Made by a program: the position numbers and the translations under genes. Below are positions 45,851 to 56,003 of a DNA stretch of 64,000 nt, piece after piece. A model generated the notes under the pieces. The model was not told the DNA's origin. It made no database searches and worked only from the letters and a program-made list of their open reading frames with translations. Each line of letters starts with the position of its first letter. The stretch's first letter is position 1. The stretch is from Thiobacillus sp. (lineage in GTDB: Bacteria > Pseudomonadota > Gammaproteobacteria > Burkholderiales > Thiobacillaceae), in the NCBI GenBank assembly GCA_030680405.1, contig JAUXVT010000061.1, positions 704-64,703 of the forward strand, written 5' to 3'.

Positions 45851-45881
45851 GTTGATTTGAACTGAATCCGATTCGTCCGCC

Positions 45882-45913
45882 AAAAAGCCCTGTCCGCCGG
45901 ATGGGGCTTTTTT
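45882..45913 (+). terminator. Intrinsic terminator between rpmA and obgE
   Basis: AAAAAGCCCTGTCCGCCGGATGGGGCTTTTTT. Confidence 0.75.
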
Positions 45914-45931
45914 GTTTCCAGGATATTCAAT

Positions 45932-47008
45932 ATGAAATTCATCGACGAAGCCAAAATTCAGGTCATCGCTGGCAACGGCGGAGATGGTAGCGCTTCGTTC
46001 CGCCGCGAGAAAAACATTCCCCATGGTGGCCCCGATGGTGGCGATGGCGGTCGCGGCGGCAGCGTGTTCGCGGGGGCTGACCGCAACATCAATACCCTGG
46101 TCGAGTTTCGCTACGCCCGTATCTTCAAGGCGCAAAAAGGCGAAAACGGGCGCGGCGCGCAGTGCTACGGCAAGGGCGGCGAGGACCTCATTGTCCGCGT
46201 GCCGGTGGGCACCGTGTTCACCGACATCAACAGCGGCGAAGTGGTGGCCGATCTGGCCGCGGACGGGCAGACGGTTTGCCTGGCCAAAGGCGGCAGGGGT
46301 GGGCTGGGCAACCTGCATTTCAAGTCCAGCACCAACCGCGCGCCGCGTCAGCACACGCTGGGCGAGCCGGGCGAGGAATGGGAACTGGCGCTGGAACTGA
46401 AGGTGCTGGCTGACGTCGGCCTGCTGGGCATGCCCAACGCGGGCAAGTCGACCTTCATCCGTGCCGTTTCGGCGGCCCGCCCCAAGGTGGCCGATTATCC
46501 GTTCACCACGCTGGCGCCCAATCTGGGTGTGGTGCGGGTGGACAGCGAACGTAGCTTTGTCATCGCCGACATTCCGGGACTGATCGAGGGCGCGGCCGAA
46601 GGCGCAGGGCTGGGCCACCAGTTCCTGCGCCATTTGCAGCGTACGCGGGTGCTGCTGCATCTGGTCGACATTTCGCCGCGCTGGGAAGGCGGCGACCCGG
46701 TGCACGAGGCGCGCGCTATCGTCGAGGAACTGCGCAAGTACGACCAGAAACTCTATGAAAAGACGCGCTGGCTGGTGCTGAACAAAATCGACATGGTGGA
46801 CGAAGCCGAACGCGAAGCCGTGGTGGCCAAGTTCGTGGCGGACTACGAGTGGACAGGGCCGGTGTTCGCGATTTCAGCGCTGGACGGCACCGGCTGCACT
46901 GCGCTGACCTATGCGATCATGGGCTATCTGGCCACGCAGGCTGCCGTGATCCTCGAGGATGAACCCGCGGCGGATTTGCCGGCCGCTGATTTGCCCGCCG
47001 CCGATTAA
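45932..47008 (+). CDS. obgE: GTPase ObgE/CgtA
   Basis: Gly-rich Obg fold, [23 protein letters not shown]. Confidence 0.97.
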   Translation: MKFIDEAKIQVIAGNGGDGSASFRREKNIPHGGPDGGDGGRGGSVFAGADRNINTLVEFRYARIFKAQKGENGRGAQCYGKGGEDLIVRVPVGTVFTDINSGEVVADLAADGQTVCLAKGGRGGLGNLHFKSSTNRAPRQHTLGEPGEEWELALELKVLADVGLLGMPNAGKSTFIRAVSAARPKVADYPFTTLAPNLGVVRVDSERSFVIADIPGLIEGAAEGAGLGHQFLRHLQRTRVLLHLVDISPRWEGGDPVHEARAIVEELRKYDQKLYEKTRWLVLNKIDMVDEAEREAVVAKFVADYEWTGPVFAISALDGTGCTALTYAIMGYLATQAAVILEDEPAADLPAADLPAAD

Positions 47009-47283
47009 ATTGCCTGGGATTCGGCGGGTGACGACGCGTCGCCGCCGACCCGCTTCCAGTCGTTTTCCAGCAGCGCCACCTGATATTTCGCCCAGCGGGC
47101 GAATTCCGCCGGGCTGCAATGGCCTTTCTTGCGGCGGCAGGTGCCAGCAATCCCCTTGAAGTGAACCACCGTCTCGCCGGTCTCGGCGTCGGCGGCGATT
47201 TCGGCCAGCTGGCGCACGCCCCAGGTGCGGCCATAAGCGCCGTTGCTATAGAAAAATCCTATTTTAAGTTCGTCCAGGCTCAT
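47005..47283 (-). CDS. Hypothetical protein (92 aa)
   Basis: ATG overlaps the VWA gene stop (ATGA); protein-like composition; no family recognised. Confidence 0.7.
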   Translation of the reverse strand: MSLDELKIGFFYSNGAYGRTWGVRQLAEIAADAETGETVVHFKGIAGTCRRKKGHCSPAEFARWAKYQVALLENDWKRVGGDASSPAESQAI

Positions 47284-49400
47284 GTCGTGATACGTCGGTA
47301 AATGTCGGTGACTTTCACCGGTAATTGTCGCACGTCATCCAGAATGATGTAACGCGCCGCGCCGTACATGTGCGGCAGGTAGTCGCGCGCTTCGCGGTCG
47401 AGCGTGATGCAGAAGGGGTGAATGCCGGTGCGCGCGGCTTCCAGCAGCGCCATGCGCGTGTCCTCGATGCCATATGCACCGCGATAGACGTCGAAATAAT
47501 CGTCCGGGCGGCCATCCGACAGCGTGACCAGCACGCGGGTCTTGGCTTCGACCTGGTTCAGCAGCTTCGTCATGTGGCGCAGTGCAAAGCCCATGCGGGT
47601 GTATTCCTGCGGGCGGATGCCCGAGATGCGTGCCTTCACCTCGTTGTCGTAGCGTTCGTCAAAGGTCTTGATGCGGAACAGTTCGCATCGTTTCCGCGTC
47701 GTCCCGGAAAAGCCGTAGATCGCGTAGCGGTCGCCCAGCAACTCCAGTGCCTCGCACAGCAGGATCAGCGCCTCGCGCTCGGCCTCGTTGATCCAGCCCT
47801 TGGTGGAGCCGCTCATGTCGACCAGAAAGGCCACGGCGATATTGCGCTCGGCGCGGTGCAGGCGCACGAACAGGCGGTCGCTCATTTCACTGCCGTCGCG
47901 CGCGTCAGCCAGCGCTTCGATCAGCGCGTCGAGGTCGATTTCGTCACCCTGGGTCTGCCGCTTGTCGAGGCGGTTCTCGTCGCGCAGCGCCTCGAATTTC
48001 TTGCGCAGGTGCTTGACCACGCCGGCGTGTTTGGCCAGCGTGTCGCGATAAAAGTCGTCGTAGGCCGGGGTGACGGTTTTTTCCCGCATCACGCACCAGT
48101 TCTTGCGGTAATGCTGGCGGCCATGATCCCATTCGGGATACAGCTCGGCGCCTTTCTCATGGTAGGTGCCGTGCCACACGGTGTCGGGATCTTCGGGCTG
48201 GTCGAACACGCGATTCGGGTCGTATTCGCCGTCGCCCGCCGGGGTGAGGTATTCCGGGGGGATTTCGCCAAAATCGAGATACACCGAGGTGAGCAGTTGC
48301 CTGACGTCATCCGGCGGGGCGAGCGGGGCGCCATCGAGGGTGATTGCAAAATCGAGCTGGCCGTTCTCGTCGCGTAGCTCGACTTCCAGCGCAGGCGGTG
48401 TTTCGGCGGCCGTCTGCGGAGCGGCTTGGTTGGCCGTGTGTTCTTCCAGCAGCTCGGCCAGTTTGATGCGCAGCCGGGCTTTTTCTTTGTCCAGCCGGGC
48501 GGCACGCGCGGCGGCAATCGCATCCGGGCGCAGGCTGCCCTGGTCGCTCCACTGTGGGTAGTCGGCTTCGTCATACGCAGCACCAAGCAGCGCCAGGCTG
48601 TCATCAAGCGTGGCATGGTCGGTGGCGAGCGTCGCTTCAAATTGCAGCCAGCTTCCCGGCAGGGCGGGATCGAGCTGCGTGCGAAAACGCTGCATCTGGC
48701 GGTGCAGCCCCGGCAGTTCGCGCGCGATGCGTGCGGTCAGGCGCAGCGTTTCCAGTGCGTAAAGACGGGTGAGTGCGCGTTCGGGGTCGGCATAGTCGGC
48801 GGCAATGGCGGCGTGGTCGACGCGCAGGGTGCCAAAGCGGGTTTGTGCCCACAGCAGCGCGACGGTGATTTTGGCGAGCTGAAAATTGTCATCCAGATTC
48901 GGCAATGCGGCGATCAGCGGCGGCAACACAATGCGCTCGCCGTCGGTCCAGGCAGCGTCGCCTTCCTCGATGCGCAACCGCCGTCCCGACAGGCCGCAGA
49001 CGAAATTGCCCAGTACCGGCGCGATGTCCTCGAACAGCGCGCCAGCGGCATCGTGCTGATGCTGCACTTCGTCGAAAGTGTCGACCTGCTCCATCACCCT
49101 GAGCGCGTTCTGCAAGCCAGTGCGGTCGAACACGTCGCAGGTGTGCACCGCCCACGCTTCCAGCAGGCGCCGCTCCATGCGTGGCAGCAGTGCGGGGGCG
49201 CGGCGGCCGAACTGCCAGGCGAGCGTGATGTGGGTCGAGGCGATGCGGCGGATCCAGCCGAGAATGAAGTCCTGCTCGTCGCGCGCCAGTGCGGTGAGTT
49301 CGGCCGCCAGTTCCTCGACCTTGAAGAAGGTGAATTCGGTGTCCAGCCAGACGTGGAGGCTGGCCTCCATTTCGACTGCGGTAAGCGGCTGCTGCGCCAT
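47280..49400 (-). CDS. CbbO/NorD-like von Willebrand A domain protein
   Basis: AWTDG..I.LP, YPEWD...Y...WC, MIDAS LVDMSGST, YTRMG.ALRH, LSDGRPDD, YGIEDTR.A..EA. Confidence 0.88.
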   Translation of the reverse strand: MAQQPLTAVEMEASLHVWLDTEFTFFKVEELAAELTALARDEQDFILGWIRRIASTHITLAWQFGRRAPALLPRMERRLLEAWAVHTCDVFDRTGLQNALRVMEQVDTFDEVQHQHDAAGALFEDIAPVLGNFVCGLSGRRLRIEEGDAAWTDGERIVLPPLIAALPNLDDNFQLAKITVALLWAQTRFGTLRVDHAAIAADYADPERALTRLYALETLRLTARIARELPGLHRQMQRFRTQLDPALPGSWLQFEATLATDHATLDDSLALLGAAYDEADYPQWSDQGSLRPDAIAAARAARLDKEKARLRIKLAELLEEHTANQAAPQTAAETPPALEVELRDENGQLDFAITLDGAPLAPPDDVRQLLTSVYLDFGEIPPEYLTPAGDGEYDPNRVFDQPEDPDTVWHGTYHEKGAELYPEWDHGRQHYRKNWCVMREKTVTPAYDDFYRDTLAKHAGVVKHLRKKFEALRDENRLDKRQTQGDEIDLDALIEALADARDGSEMSDRLFVRLHRAERNIAVAFLVDMSGSTKGWINEAEREALILLCEALELLGDRYAIYGFSGTTRKRCELFRIKTFDERYDNEVKARISGIRPQEYTRMGFALRHMTKLLNQVEAKTRVLVTLSDGRPDDYFDVYRGAYGIEDTRMALLEAARTGIHPFCITLDREARDYLPHMYGAARYIILDDVRQLPVKVTDIYRRITT

Positions 49401-49440
49401 GTCAGATGGCCGGCTTCAGCTTTTGGAAAAACTGGTTTAT

Positions 49441-49533
49441 TTTGTCATCGCGAGGCCCGAAGGAGCGTGGCGATCCATAGCCCGTTGATTCCGCGAGCAT
49501 TCTGGATTGCTTCGCTTCGTTCGCAATGACAAA
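49441..49533. repeat. Palindromic miniature element, copy 3
   Basis: TTTGTCATCGCGA...GCGATCCA...TGGATTGC...TCGCAATGACAAA. Confidence 0.85.
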
Positions 49534-49556
49534 GCCATGCATTATTCAGCGTTTCC

Positions 49557-50369
49557 TTAGAAGATCGACGAGGAGAGTTCCTGGATCGCCTTGAGCATGT
49601 CGGCGTCGTCGGTGACCGCCTGCGCGACCGCCGATTTGCACGCCGTCACCGGGCTCACCCCGTCGGCGATCAGCTTGCCGGCATGCACCAGCAGCCGCGT
49701 GGAGGCGCCTTCCTCCAGTCCGCTGCCCTTGAGGTTGCGCGTCATCTGCGCAAAGCGCACCAGATTGCTCGCCACGGCTTCGCTGACGCCGGATTCGGTG
49801 GCGACGATGCGGCGTTCGAGTTCGGCCGACGGGTAGTCGAATTCCAGCGCGACAAAGCGCTGCCGGGTCGACTGCTTCAAATCCTTGAGCACGCTCTGGT
49901 AGCCGGGATTGTAGGAAATGGCCAGGCAGAACTCGGGCGGGGCTTCGACTTCCAGGCCGAGCTTTTCCATCGGCAGGGTGCGGCGGTCGTCGGCCAGCGG
50001 GTGGATCACCACCATGGTGTCCTTGCGTGCTTCGACGACTTCATCCAGATAGCAAATGCCGCCTGCACGCACCGCGCGGGTGAGGGGGCCGTCGACCCAC
50101 ACGGTTTCACCGCCCTTGATCAGATAGCGGCCGACCAGGTCGGAGGCGGTGAGGTCGTCGTGGCACGACACGGTGATTAGCGGGCGCTTGAGTCGCCACG
50201 CCATGTGTTCCATGAAGCGCGTCTTGCCGCAGCCGGTGGGGCCTTTCAGCAGCACCGGAATCTGCTGGCGCCAGGCGGCTTCGAACAGCTGGATTTCGTC
50301 GCCGACGGCTTCGTAATACGGCTCTTTTTCGATGAGGTGATGCGCCGGGTCGAGGGTGCGAGCGTTCAT
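49557..50369 (-). CDS. CbbQ/NirQ/NorQ family AAA+ ATPase
   Basis: EPYY, Walker [16 protein letters not shown], Walker [26 protein letters not shown]. Confidence 0.93.
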   Translation of the reverse strand: MNARTLDPAHHLIEKEPYYEAVGDEIQLFEAAWRQQIPVLLKGPTGCGKTRFMEHMAWRLKRPLITVSCHDDLTASDLVGRYLIKGGETVWVDGPLTRAVRAGGICYLDEVVEARKDTMVVIHPLADDRRTLPMEKLGLEVEAPPEFCLAISYNPGYQSVLKDLKQSTRQRFVALEFDYPSAELERRIVATESGVSEAVASNLVRFAQMTRNLKGSGLEEGASTRLLVHAGKLIADGVSPVTACKSAVAQAVTDDADMLKAIQELSSSIF

Positions 50370-50398
50370 GATCGGTATGACTTTTCAGGATGACTTGA

Positions 50399-50866
50399 TT
50401 AAAAGCAGCTGGATTGCTGTTTTTTGCGTTCGAGGTCTTTGACTTCCTGATTCCACGCGTCCATCTGTTCCTGGGTGTAGCCCTTGCGACGCGCCTGGTC
50501 CATTTTGTCGAACACACGCCCGAGCTTGTCGGTCAGCGCGTCGCACTGGCGCGCCGAGGCCCGTGCGGCAGGCTTGCCGGTGGTGCGCTGGGTTTCGAGC
50601 TGGAGGGTGGCGGGCTCATGGGGGCTGGCTGCCGCCCTGGATGCGGCAGGCTTGGCTGGCTCTACCCGGACTGGCGCGGATCGCGCCGGATCGGGTAGCG
50701 GTGTGGGGTCGATTTCAACCGTGCGGGCTTCCCGGGCATTGCGGCAGGGCAGGTTGGAATAGGTGACCTTGCCATGCGTATCGATGCACTTGTTGAGTGT
50801 GTTGGCCCCCACACTGGTCGAGAGTGTCAGGGCGGTCATACCCATCAACACGATCAGGCGTCGCAT
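50399..50866 (-). CDS. Exported DUF4124-like protein
   Basis: Signal peptide, NKCID..GKVTYSNLPC, Pro/Ala linker, helical C-terminus with two Cys. Confidence 0.75.
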   Translation of the reverse strand: MRRLIVLMGMTALTLSTSVGANTLNKCIDTHGKVTYSNLPCRNAREARTVEIDPTPLPDPARSAPVRVEPAKPAASRAAASPHEPATLQLETQRTTGKPAARASARQCDALTDKLGRVFDKMDQARRKGYTQEQMDAWNQEVKDLERKKQQSSCF

Positions 50867-50873
50867 CGGTGGC

Positions 50874-51785
50874 TCAATGTTCGCCCGAGTATTTGTCGTC
50901 CTCCAGCGCCATCTTCTGCTGGAACCCTGCTTCGTTATCCTGCTCGGCCAGGGCGCGGCGGCGGGCGAGCCGCTTTCCATACGCGTCCGGGTGCTCCTCG
51001 ACAAACTTTTCGCCGAACAGTGTGTGGCGCAGGAAGTTCAAGCCAAAGTCGAGCAGGGCTTCGTCGTCGGCGATCAATGTCGCCATGATCTCGACCGGAA
51101 TGTTGTAGGTTTCGTTGAAGCTCGGGCTCATGACGAACGCACGGAAGCGGTCGACGTCGTAGCTCGCCATGAAGAACAGTTGGTTGGAAATGGGCGTGGG
51201 TTTGCCGATGGAAGGGCCGGCAGACTTGCGCTTGACCACCAGCTGCCGCCAGGCATGGGCCTTCTCGTCGTATTCGGCCACCCCCTGTTCGGCGCGGTAT
51301 TGCTCGATGGTCTGCGTCTTGTCCTCGAAATGACCAAGGCAGTGCGGCTCTTTCACCAGGGCATACGCACTGCGGTCGACGTATTCGTCCGAGCGGCGCA
51401 TGGTCAGCAGCGCGACCGGATAGTAACGGCAGGCGGTCGGGCGGTCTTCGTAGACGCCGCAGCCTTCGGGGGTCATGAACTGGCAGGCGGTGCCGCCCTC
51501 GACCGGCTTCAACTTCACCCCGGGCATGCCGTCCTTGTCCATCTCGAACGGCACCGAATACTGATTGAGAAATTCGCTGGACGACATGTCCAGCCGTTTT
51601 TTCAGGCGCAGGATGTCGTAGGGGGTGAGTGGAATGTCAATATTGCTGCAGCAGGCGTTCCAGCACTTGACGTTGCGATGGCAACGGAACTGCAGCGTCG
51701 CGTCTTCTGTCAGCATGATGGGCTTGACCGGACTGCCCGCAAATGGGGAGTCGTCGATCATGTCTTTAAATTTGGCTTCGTTCAT
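50874..51785 (-). CDS. YkgJ family (CxxCxxCC-like) cysteine-cluster protein
   Basis: FRCH..VKCWNACC, LTPYDI.RL, C.F....C.VYEDRPTACRYYP, HCLG. Confidence 0.85.
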   Translation of the reverse strand: MNEAKFKDMIDDSPFAGSPVKPIMLTEDATLQFRCHRNVKCWNACCSNIDIPLTPYDILRLKKRLDMSSSEFLNQYSVPFEMDKDGMPGVKLKPVEGGTACQFMTPEGCGVYEDRPTACRYYPVALLTMRRSDEYVDRSAYALVKEPHCLGHFEDKTQTIEQYRAEQGVAEYDEKAHAWRQLVVKRKSAGPSIGKPTPISNQLFFMASYDVDRFRAFVMSPSFNETYNIPVEIMATLIADDEALLDFGLNFLRHTLFGEKFVEEHPDAYGKRLARRRALAEQDNEAGFQQKMALEDDKYSGEH

Positions 51786-51907
51786 GGTTCAACCTCGTGG
51801 GGCTCGGCCCCTTACTTCAAAACAATCAACACACAGACGGGAGGGCGTAGGGTACGCGCTTTCGGCTGGATGCTAAACCTTGTTTGCCTCAATGTTATTG
51901 ATGCCGG

Positions 51908-51938
51908 AAAAAAACCGGGCGCCCGTGAAGGCGCCCGG
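51908..51938 (-). terminator. Intrinsic terminator downstream of aprA
   Basis: Minus strand: CCGGGCGCC-TTCAC-GGGCGCCCGG-TTTTTTT. Confidence 0.8.
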
Positions 51939-51976
51939 AGCTTACTGCTTGTCTAATTAACTAGCGAACTGGCGAA

Positions 51977-53998
51977 TTAGTGGGCAGCGGGCTTGAACAG
52001 CTTGGACTTGTCGACCAGATCCACGTGGGCGCGCTTGAAGCAGTTCCACTGTTTGGAGTTTTTGTCGTAGACTGAGTTCACGAAACAATGCCAATTTTCC
52101 TCATCGACAAAGTTCTTGTCCATGCGGTAGTAGAAGCCGGGGTAACGGCTCTCCTGACGGAACTGGATGTGCTTCATGTGGGCTTCGGCCGTGAGGATGC
52201 GGTGGTAGTTTTCCCACGCGCGCAGCAGCTCGTGTAGGTCTTTCGCACGCATCTTCTCGGCGTCTTCCTTCAGCATTTCCAGCTTTTCTTCCGCCACGCC
52301 CAGCATGTTGGCATTGGTCGTGTAGTAGGTTGCGACGCCGGCAACGTACTCGTCCATGATCTTCTGCAGACGGAACTGCAGCATCTTGGGGGTGATGTAG
52401 TTGGGGTTGACGTCGATCGCCGTGGTGTAGTCCTTGTGCTCCAGGAAGGTGCGCACCGGCTTGTAGATGTCTTCCACCAGCTGCTCGACGGAGGTGTCGA
52501 GTTCGGGCTTCCAATCCTTGTTGTCGATGCAGAACTTGACCATGGACTTGGCGCACATGCGGCCTTCGGCGTGTGAGCCGGAGGAGAACTTGTGGCCGGA
52601 GGCGCCCACGCCGTCGCCGGCGGTGAACAGACCCTTGACCGTGGTCATCGAGCGATAGCCCCAGCTCCAGCCCTTGGGCAGGTGTGCCGGAATCTTGTCC
52701 TTCTCGGCGTGCAGTTCATCGGTCGGCGCGCCCAGATCTTCGGGACCCGACACCCAGATGCCGCAGCAACCGGAGTGGGAGCCGAGCAGGTAGGGCTCGG
52801 TCGGCATCAGTTCGGAGTTTTTCTTCTCCGGCTCGATGTTCTCGCCCACCCAGATGCCGCACTGGCCGACGCACATGTCGAGAAAGTCTTCCCAGGCTTC
52901 GGCTTCGAGGTGCTTCACTTCGCGCGGGGTCAGGGTCTCGCGCAGCTTGGCGAGCGCGGTCACGGTGTCCATGTAGATGGGGCCGCGGCCTTCCTTCATT
53001 TCCTTCAACATCAGGTGGTTACGCAGACACGATGCGGGAACGGCTGCCTGCCCGTAGGGGGGGTAGTCGTTCAGCAGTTCCTTGTTTTTCACCATGTAGA
53101 TTTCGCCGTAGGCGTTGACGGCCTGCGCCTTGAACAGCAGGAACCAGGCGCCCACCGGGCCGTAACCATCCTTGAAGCGGGCGGGCACAAAACGGTTTTC
53201 CATCATGGTCAGCTCGGCGCCAGCTTCGGCAGCCATCGCGTAGGTCGAACCAGCGTTCCACACCGGGTACCAGGCACGGCCGGTACCTTCACCGACAGAG
53301 CGCGGACGGAAGATGTTCACGCAACCACCAGCGGCCAGCAGGATGGCCTTGGCCTTGTAGACGACAACCTTGTGGTCGCGGGTCGAGAAGCCGACAGCAC
53401 CGGCGATGCGGCTAGGGTCGTTCTTGTCGTTGACCAGCTTGACGATGAAGATGCGTTCCTCGATGCGATCCATGCCGAGCGCTTTTTTGGTGGCTTCAGC
53501 AACGATCCACTTGTAGGATTCGCCGTTGATCATGATCTGCCATTTGCCGGAACGCACGGGCTTGCCGCCGTCCTTCAGGGCGGGCAGGCCTTGCGCGCCA
53601 TCATGACGTTCACCGTTTTCGTCGGTTTTCCAAATGGGCAGGCCCCATTCTTCGAACAGGTGTACGGAGTCATCCACGTGACGGCCGAGGTCGTAGGCGA
53701 GGTCGTCGCGGGTGAGGCCCATCAGGTCGTTGGAGACCATGCGGGCGTAGTCAGCGGGATCCTGCTCGCTGCCGATGTAGGTGTTGATCGCGGACAGACC
53801 CTGCGCCACGGCGCCGGAACGGTCCATCGCGGCCTTGTCGACCAGCTTGATCTTCAGATCGATGCCGAGCTCGGCCTTGGCGGCGTCTGCCCAGCGCATG
53901 ACTTCATAACCGGCGCCGCAGCATGCCATGCCACCACCGATCAGGAGGATGTCGACTTCCTCCTGGATAACTTCGGGATTACCAAATTCTCCAGCCAT
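51977..53998 (-). CDS. aprA: Adenylylsulfate reductase alpha subunit (sat-linked lineage)
   Basis: GGGMACCG, RSGAVAQGLSAINTY, WQIMINGESYK, RFKDGYGPVGAWFL, HKFSSGSHAEGR, ESRYPGFYYR. Confidence 0.96.
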   Translation of the reverse strand: MAGEFGNPEVIQEEVDILLIGGGMACCGAGYEVMRWADAAKAELGIDLKIKLVDKAAMDRSGAVAQGLSAINTYIGSEQDPADYARMVSNDLMGLTRDDLAYDLGRHVDDSVHLFEEWGLPIWKTDENGERHDGAQGLPALKDGGKPVRSGKWQIMINGESYKWIVAEATKKALGMDRIEERIFIVKLVNDKNDPSRIAGAVGFSTRDHKVVVYKAKAILLAAGGCVNIFRPRSVGEGTGRAWYPVWNAGSTYAMAAEAGAELTMMENRFVPARFKDGYGPVGAWFLLFKAQAVNAYGEIYMVKNKELLNDYPPYGQAAVPASCLRNHLMLKEMKEGRGPIYMDTVTALAKLRETLTPREVKHLEAEAWEDFLDMCVGQCGIWVGENIEPEKKNSELMPTEPYLLGSHSGCCGIWVSGPEDLGAPTDELHAEKDKIPAHLPKGWSWGYRSMTTVKGLFTAGDGVGASGHKFSSGSHAEGRMCAKSMVKFCIDNKDWKPELDTSVEQLVEDIYKPVRTFLEHKDYTTAIDVNPNYITPKMLQFRLQKIMDEYVAGVATYYTTNANMLGVAEEKLEMLKEDAEKMRAKDLHELLRAWENYHRILTAEAHMKHIQFRQESRYPGFYYRMDKNFVDEENWHCFVNSVYDKNSKQWNCFKRAHVDLVDKSKLFKPAAH

Positions 53999-54016
53999 TT
54001 CGTTTACCTCTCTAAA

Positions 54017-54502
54017 TTACTTGCGAATCAGTTCAGCAGGATTGCCAGGGCGATAGCCTTTGGTGATGCCACCATCCGCCGAGCCGGTGAAGAAACCGGT
54101 GGCGGTGATGTTGGCCATCACGGCAGTCGGCTTGCCGCCGAAAGGATCAATCGAACCCTCGGGCGTGGTACGGATCGGGAACTTGAAGCGTTTCAGCGTA
54201 CCGTTGCGGAACTTGATCGTCCACATGATGGAGTCGCTTCCGCGCAGCGGCTGCACCATGCCGCCCAGCGGCACGACGTCGGCGTAGTGGCGGACTTCAA
54301 TGGCTTGTTGCGGGCAGATCTTCACGCAGGAATAGCATTCCCAGCACTGCTCGGGTTCCTGGTTCCAGGCTTTCATCGCATGGCCGGTTTCCGAACCGTC
54401 CTTGTCAAGCTTCATCAGGTCGTGCGGGCAGATGTACATGCAAGCAGTCTTGTCCTGACCCTTGCAGCCGTCGCACTTGTCGGTACGAACATAAGTTGGC
54501 AT
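54017..54502 (-). CDS. aprB: Adenylylsulfate reductase beta subunit
   Basis: CDGCKGQDKTACMYICP, CWECYSCVKICP, FKFPIRTTPEG. Confidence 0.96.
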   Translation of the reverse strand: MPTYVRTDKCDGCKGQDKTACMYICPHDLMKLDKDGSETGHAMKAWNQEPEQCWECYSCVKICPQQAIEVRHYADVVPLGGMVQPLRGSDSIMWTIKFRNGTLKRFKFPIRTTPEGSIDPFGGKPTAVMANITATGFFTGSADGGITKGYRPGNPAELIRK

Positions 54503-54620
54503 TACAGTCTCCTAAAGTTAGCTAACAATCCGCGTACGTCGCGGTCCGCTTAGAACTGAACCCGTCCTTGGCCGGGGCGTATCGCGAGTCCGCTTCCGGT
54601 AGGCTCGTGTCCTAAAATCT

Positions 54621-55838
54621 TCATTTGGCCGAGTGGCCTTTCAACTCGACCTTGACGTTCTGTTCCGCGGTCAGGCCGGCGTAGTACTTTTGCAGCACCT
54701 TGGCGACTTCTGGACGGCTGAATTCGACCGGCAGGTCCTGGCCTTCGGACAGCATCGAACGCACCTTGGTGCCGGACAGCAGGATGCGGTCATCCTTGGT
54801 GTGCGGGCAGGTGCGCTGCGAGGCCATGCCGCCGCACTTGTTGCACCAGAAGGTCCAGTCGATGTTCATGTTCTTGGTTTCGAGCGCGTCCTTGGGGATC
54901 TCGTCGAAAATCTTCTGCGCGTCGAACGGGCCGTAGTAGTCGCCGACGCCGGCGTGGTCGCGGCCGACGATCAGGTGCGAACAGCCGTAGTTCTGGCGGA
55001 ACAGCGCGTGCAACAGGGCTTCGCGCGGGCCGGCGTAGCGCATGTCCAGCGGGTAGCCGGCCTGGATCACGGTGTTGGGCGCGAAGTAGTTGTCGATCAG
55101 GGTGGCGATGGCTTCGGAACGGACTTCGGCGGGAATGTCGCCTGGCTTCAGCGCGCCCAGCAGCGAGTGGATCAGCACGCCGTCCATGGTTTCGATGGCA
55201 ATCTTAGCCAGATATTCGTGCGAGCGGTGCATCGGGTTGCGGGTCTGGAACGCGGCAATCTTGGACCAACCCATTTTCTCGAAGGCGGCACGGGTTTCGG
55301 CGGGGGTCATGAACTGCTCGCCGTATTCTTCCTTGAAGGTGCCGGTGGACAGCACCTTGACTGGACCGGCGAGGTTGACCGAACCCTGATCCATGACCAT
55401 TTTTACGCCGGGGTGTTCGAGGTCGGTGGTCTTGTAGACCTGCATGCACTCATGAGCCTTGTCGATGGCGTATTTCTCGGTGATTTTCATGGTGCCCATG
55501 ATGTCGCCGGTTTCGCCGTCGACCAGCGACACGTCGTCGCCGACCTTGATGCTCTGGCTGGTGACTTCGTCGGTGGAGAGGGTGACCGGGATCGGCCAGA
55601 ACAGGCCGTTGGCCATCTTGTAGCCGTCGCACACGCCTTCCCAGTCGGCGTGGGTCATGAAGCCGTCCAGCGGGGTGAAGCCGCCGATGCCCATCATGAT
55701 GAGGTCGCCGGTTTCGCGCGAGCTCATCTTGACCTTGGGCAGTGAGGCGGCGCGGACTATTTCGGCGGCAAGTGCATCGCCTGTCAGCAGCAGGGGTTTG
55801 AGTTCACCGCCACCGTGGGGGCGTACCAGTTTGGACAT
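54621..55838 (-). CDS. sat: Sulfate adenylyltransferase (ATP sulfurylase)
   Basis: [47 protein letters not shown]. Confidence 0.97.
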   Translation of the reverse strand: MSKLVRPHGGGELKPLLLTGDALAAEIVRAASLPKVKMSSRETGDLIMMGIGGFTPLDGFMTHADWEGVCDGYKMANGLFWPIPVTLSTDEVTSQSIKVGDDVSLVDGETGDIMGTMKITEKYAIDKAHECMQVYKTTDLEHPGVKMVMDQGSVNLAGPVKVLSTGTFKEEYGEQFMTPAETRAAFEKMGWSKIAAFQTRNPMHRSHEYLAKIAIETMDGVLIHSLLGALKPGDIPAEVRSEAIATLIDNYFAPNTVIQAGYPLDMRYAGPREALLHALFRQNYGCSHLIVGRDHAGVGDYYGPFDAQKIFDEIPKDALETKNMNIDWTFWCNKCGGMASQRTCPHTKDDRILLSGTKVRSMLSEGQDLPVEFSRPEVAKVLQKYYAGLTAEQNVKVELKGHSAK

Positions 55839-55959
55839 GCTGTCTCCTCAGACTTTATGGGGGTATTAGAGTCGGGGCAGCATAGCACCGGGCTTGGCGC
55901 CTGAATAATCCTTTATTTTTATTTGAGGATAAGCGGGTTTGATACTGAATTGCGGCAAC

Positions 55960-55987
55960 AAAAAGCCCGGGTAAACCGGGCTTTTTT
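55960..55987. terminator. Intrinsic terminator after the 137-aa ORF
   Basis: AAAAAGCCCGG-GTAAA-CCGGGCTTTTTT. Confidence 0.85.
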
Positions 55988-56003
55988 GTTCTGGAACAAT
56001 TGC

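Noticed and set aside
47280-50369. Naming the pair cbbQ/cbbO or norQ/norD
   Set aside because: The family is clear, but no RuBisCO or NO reductase client is in the window, so symbols were withheld.
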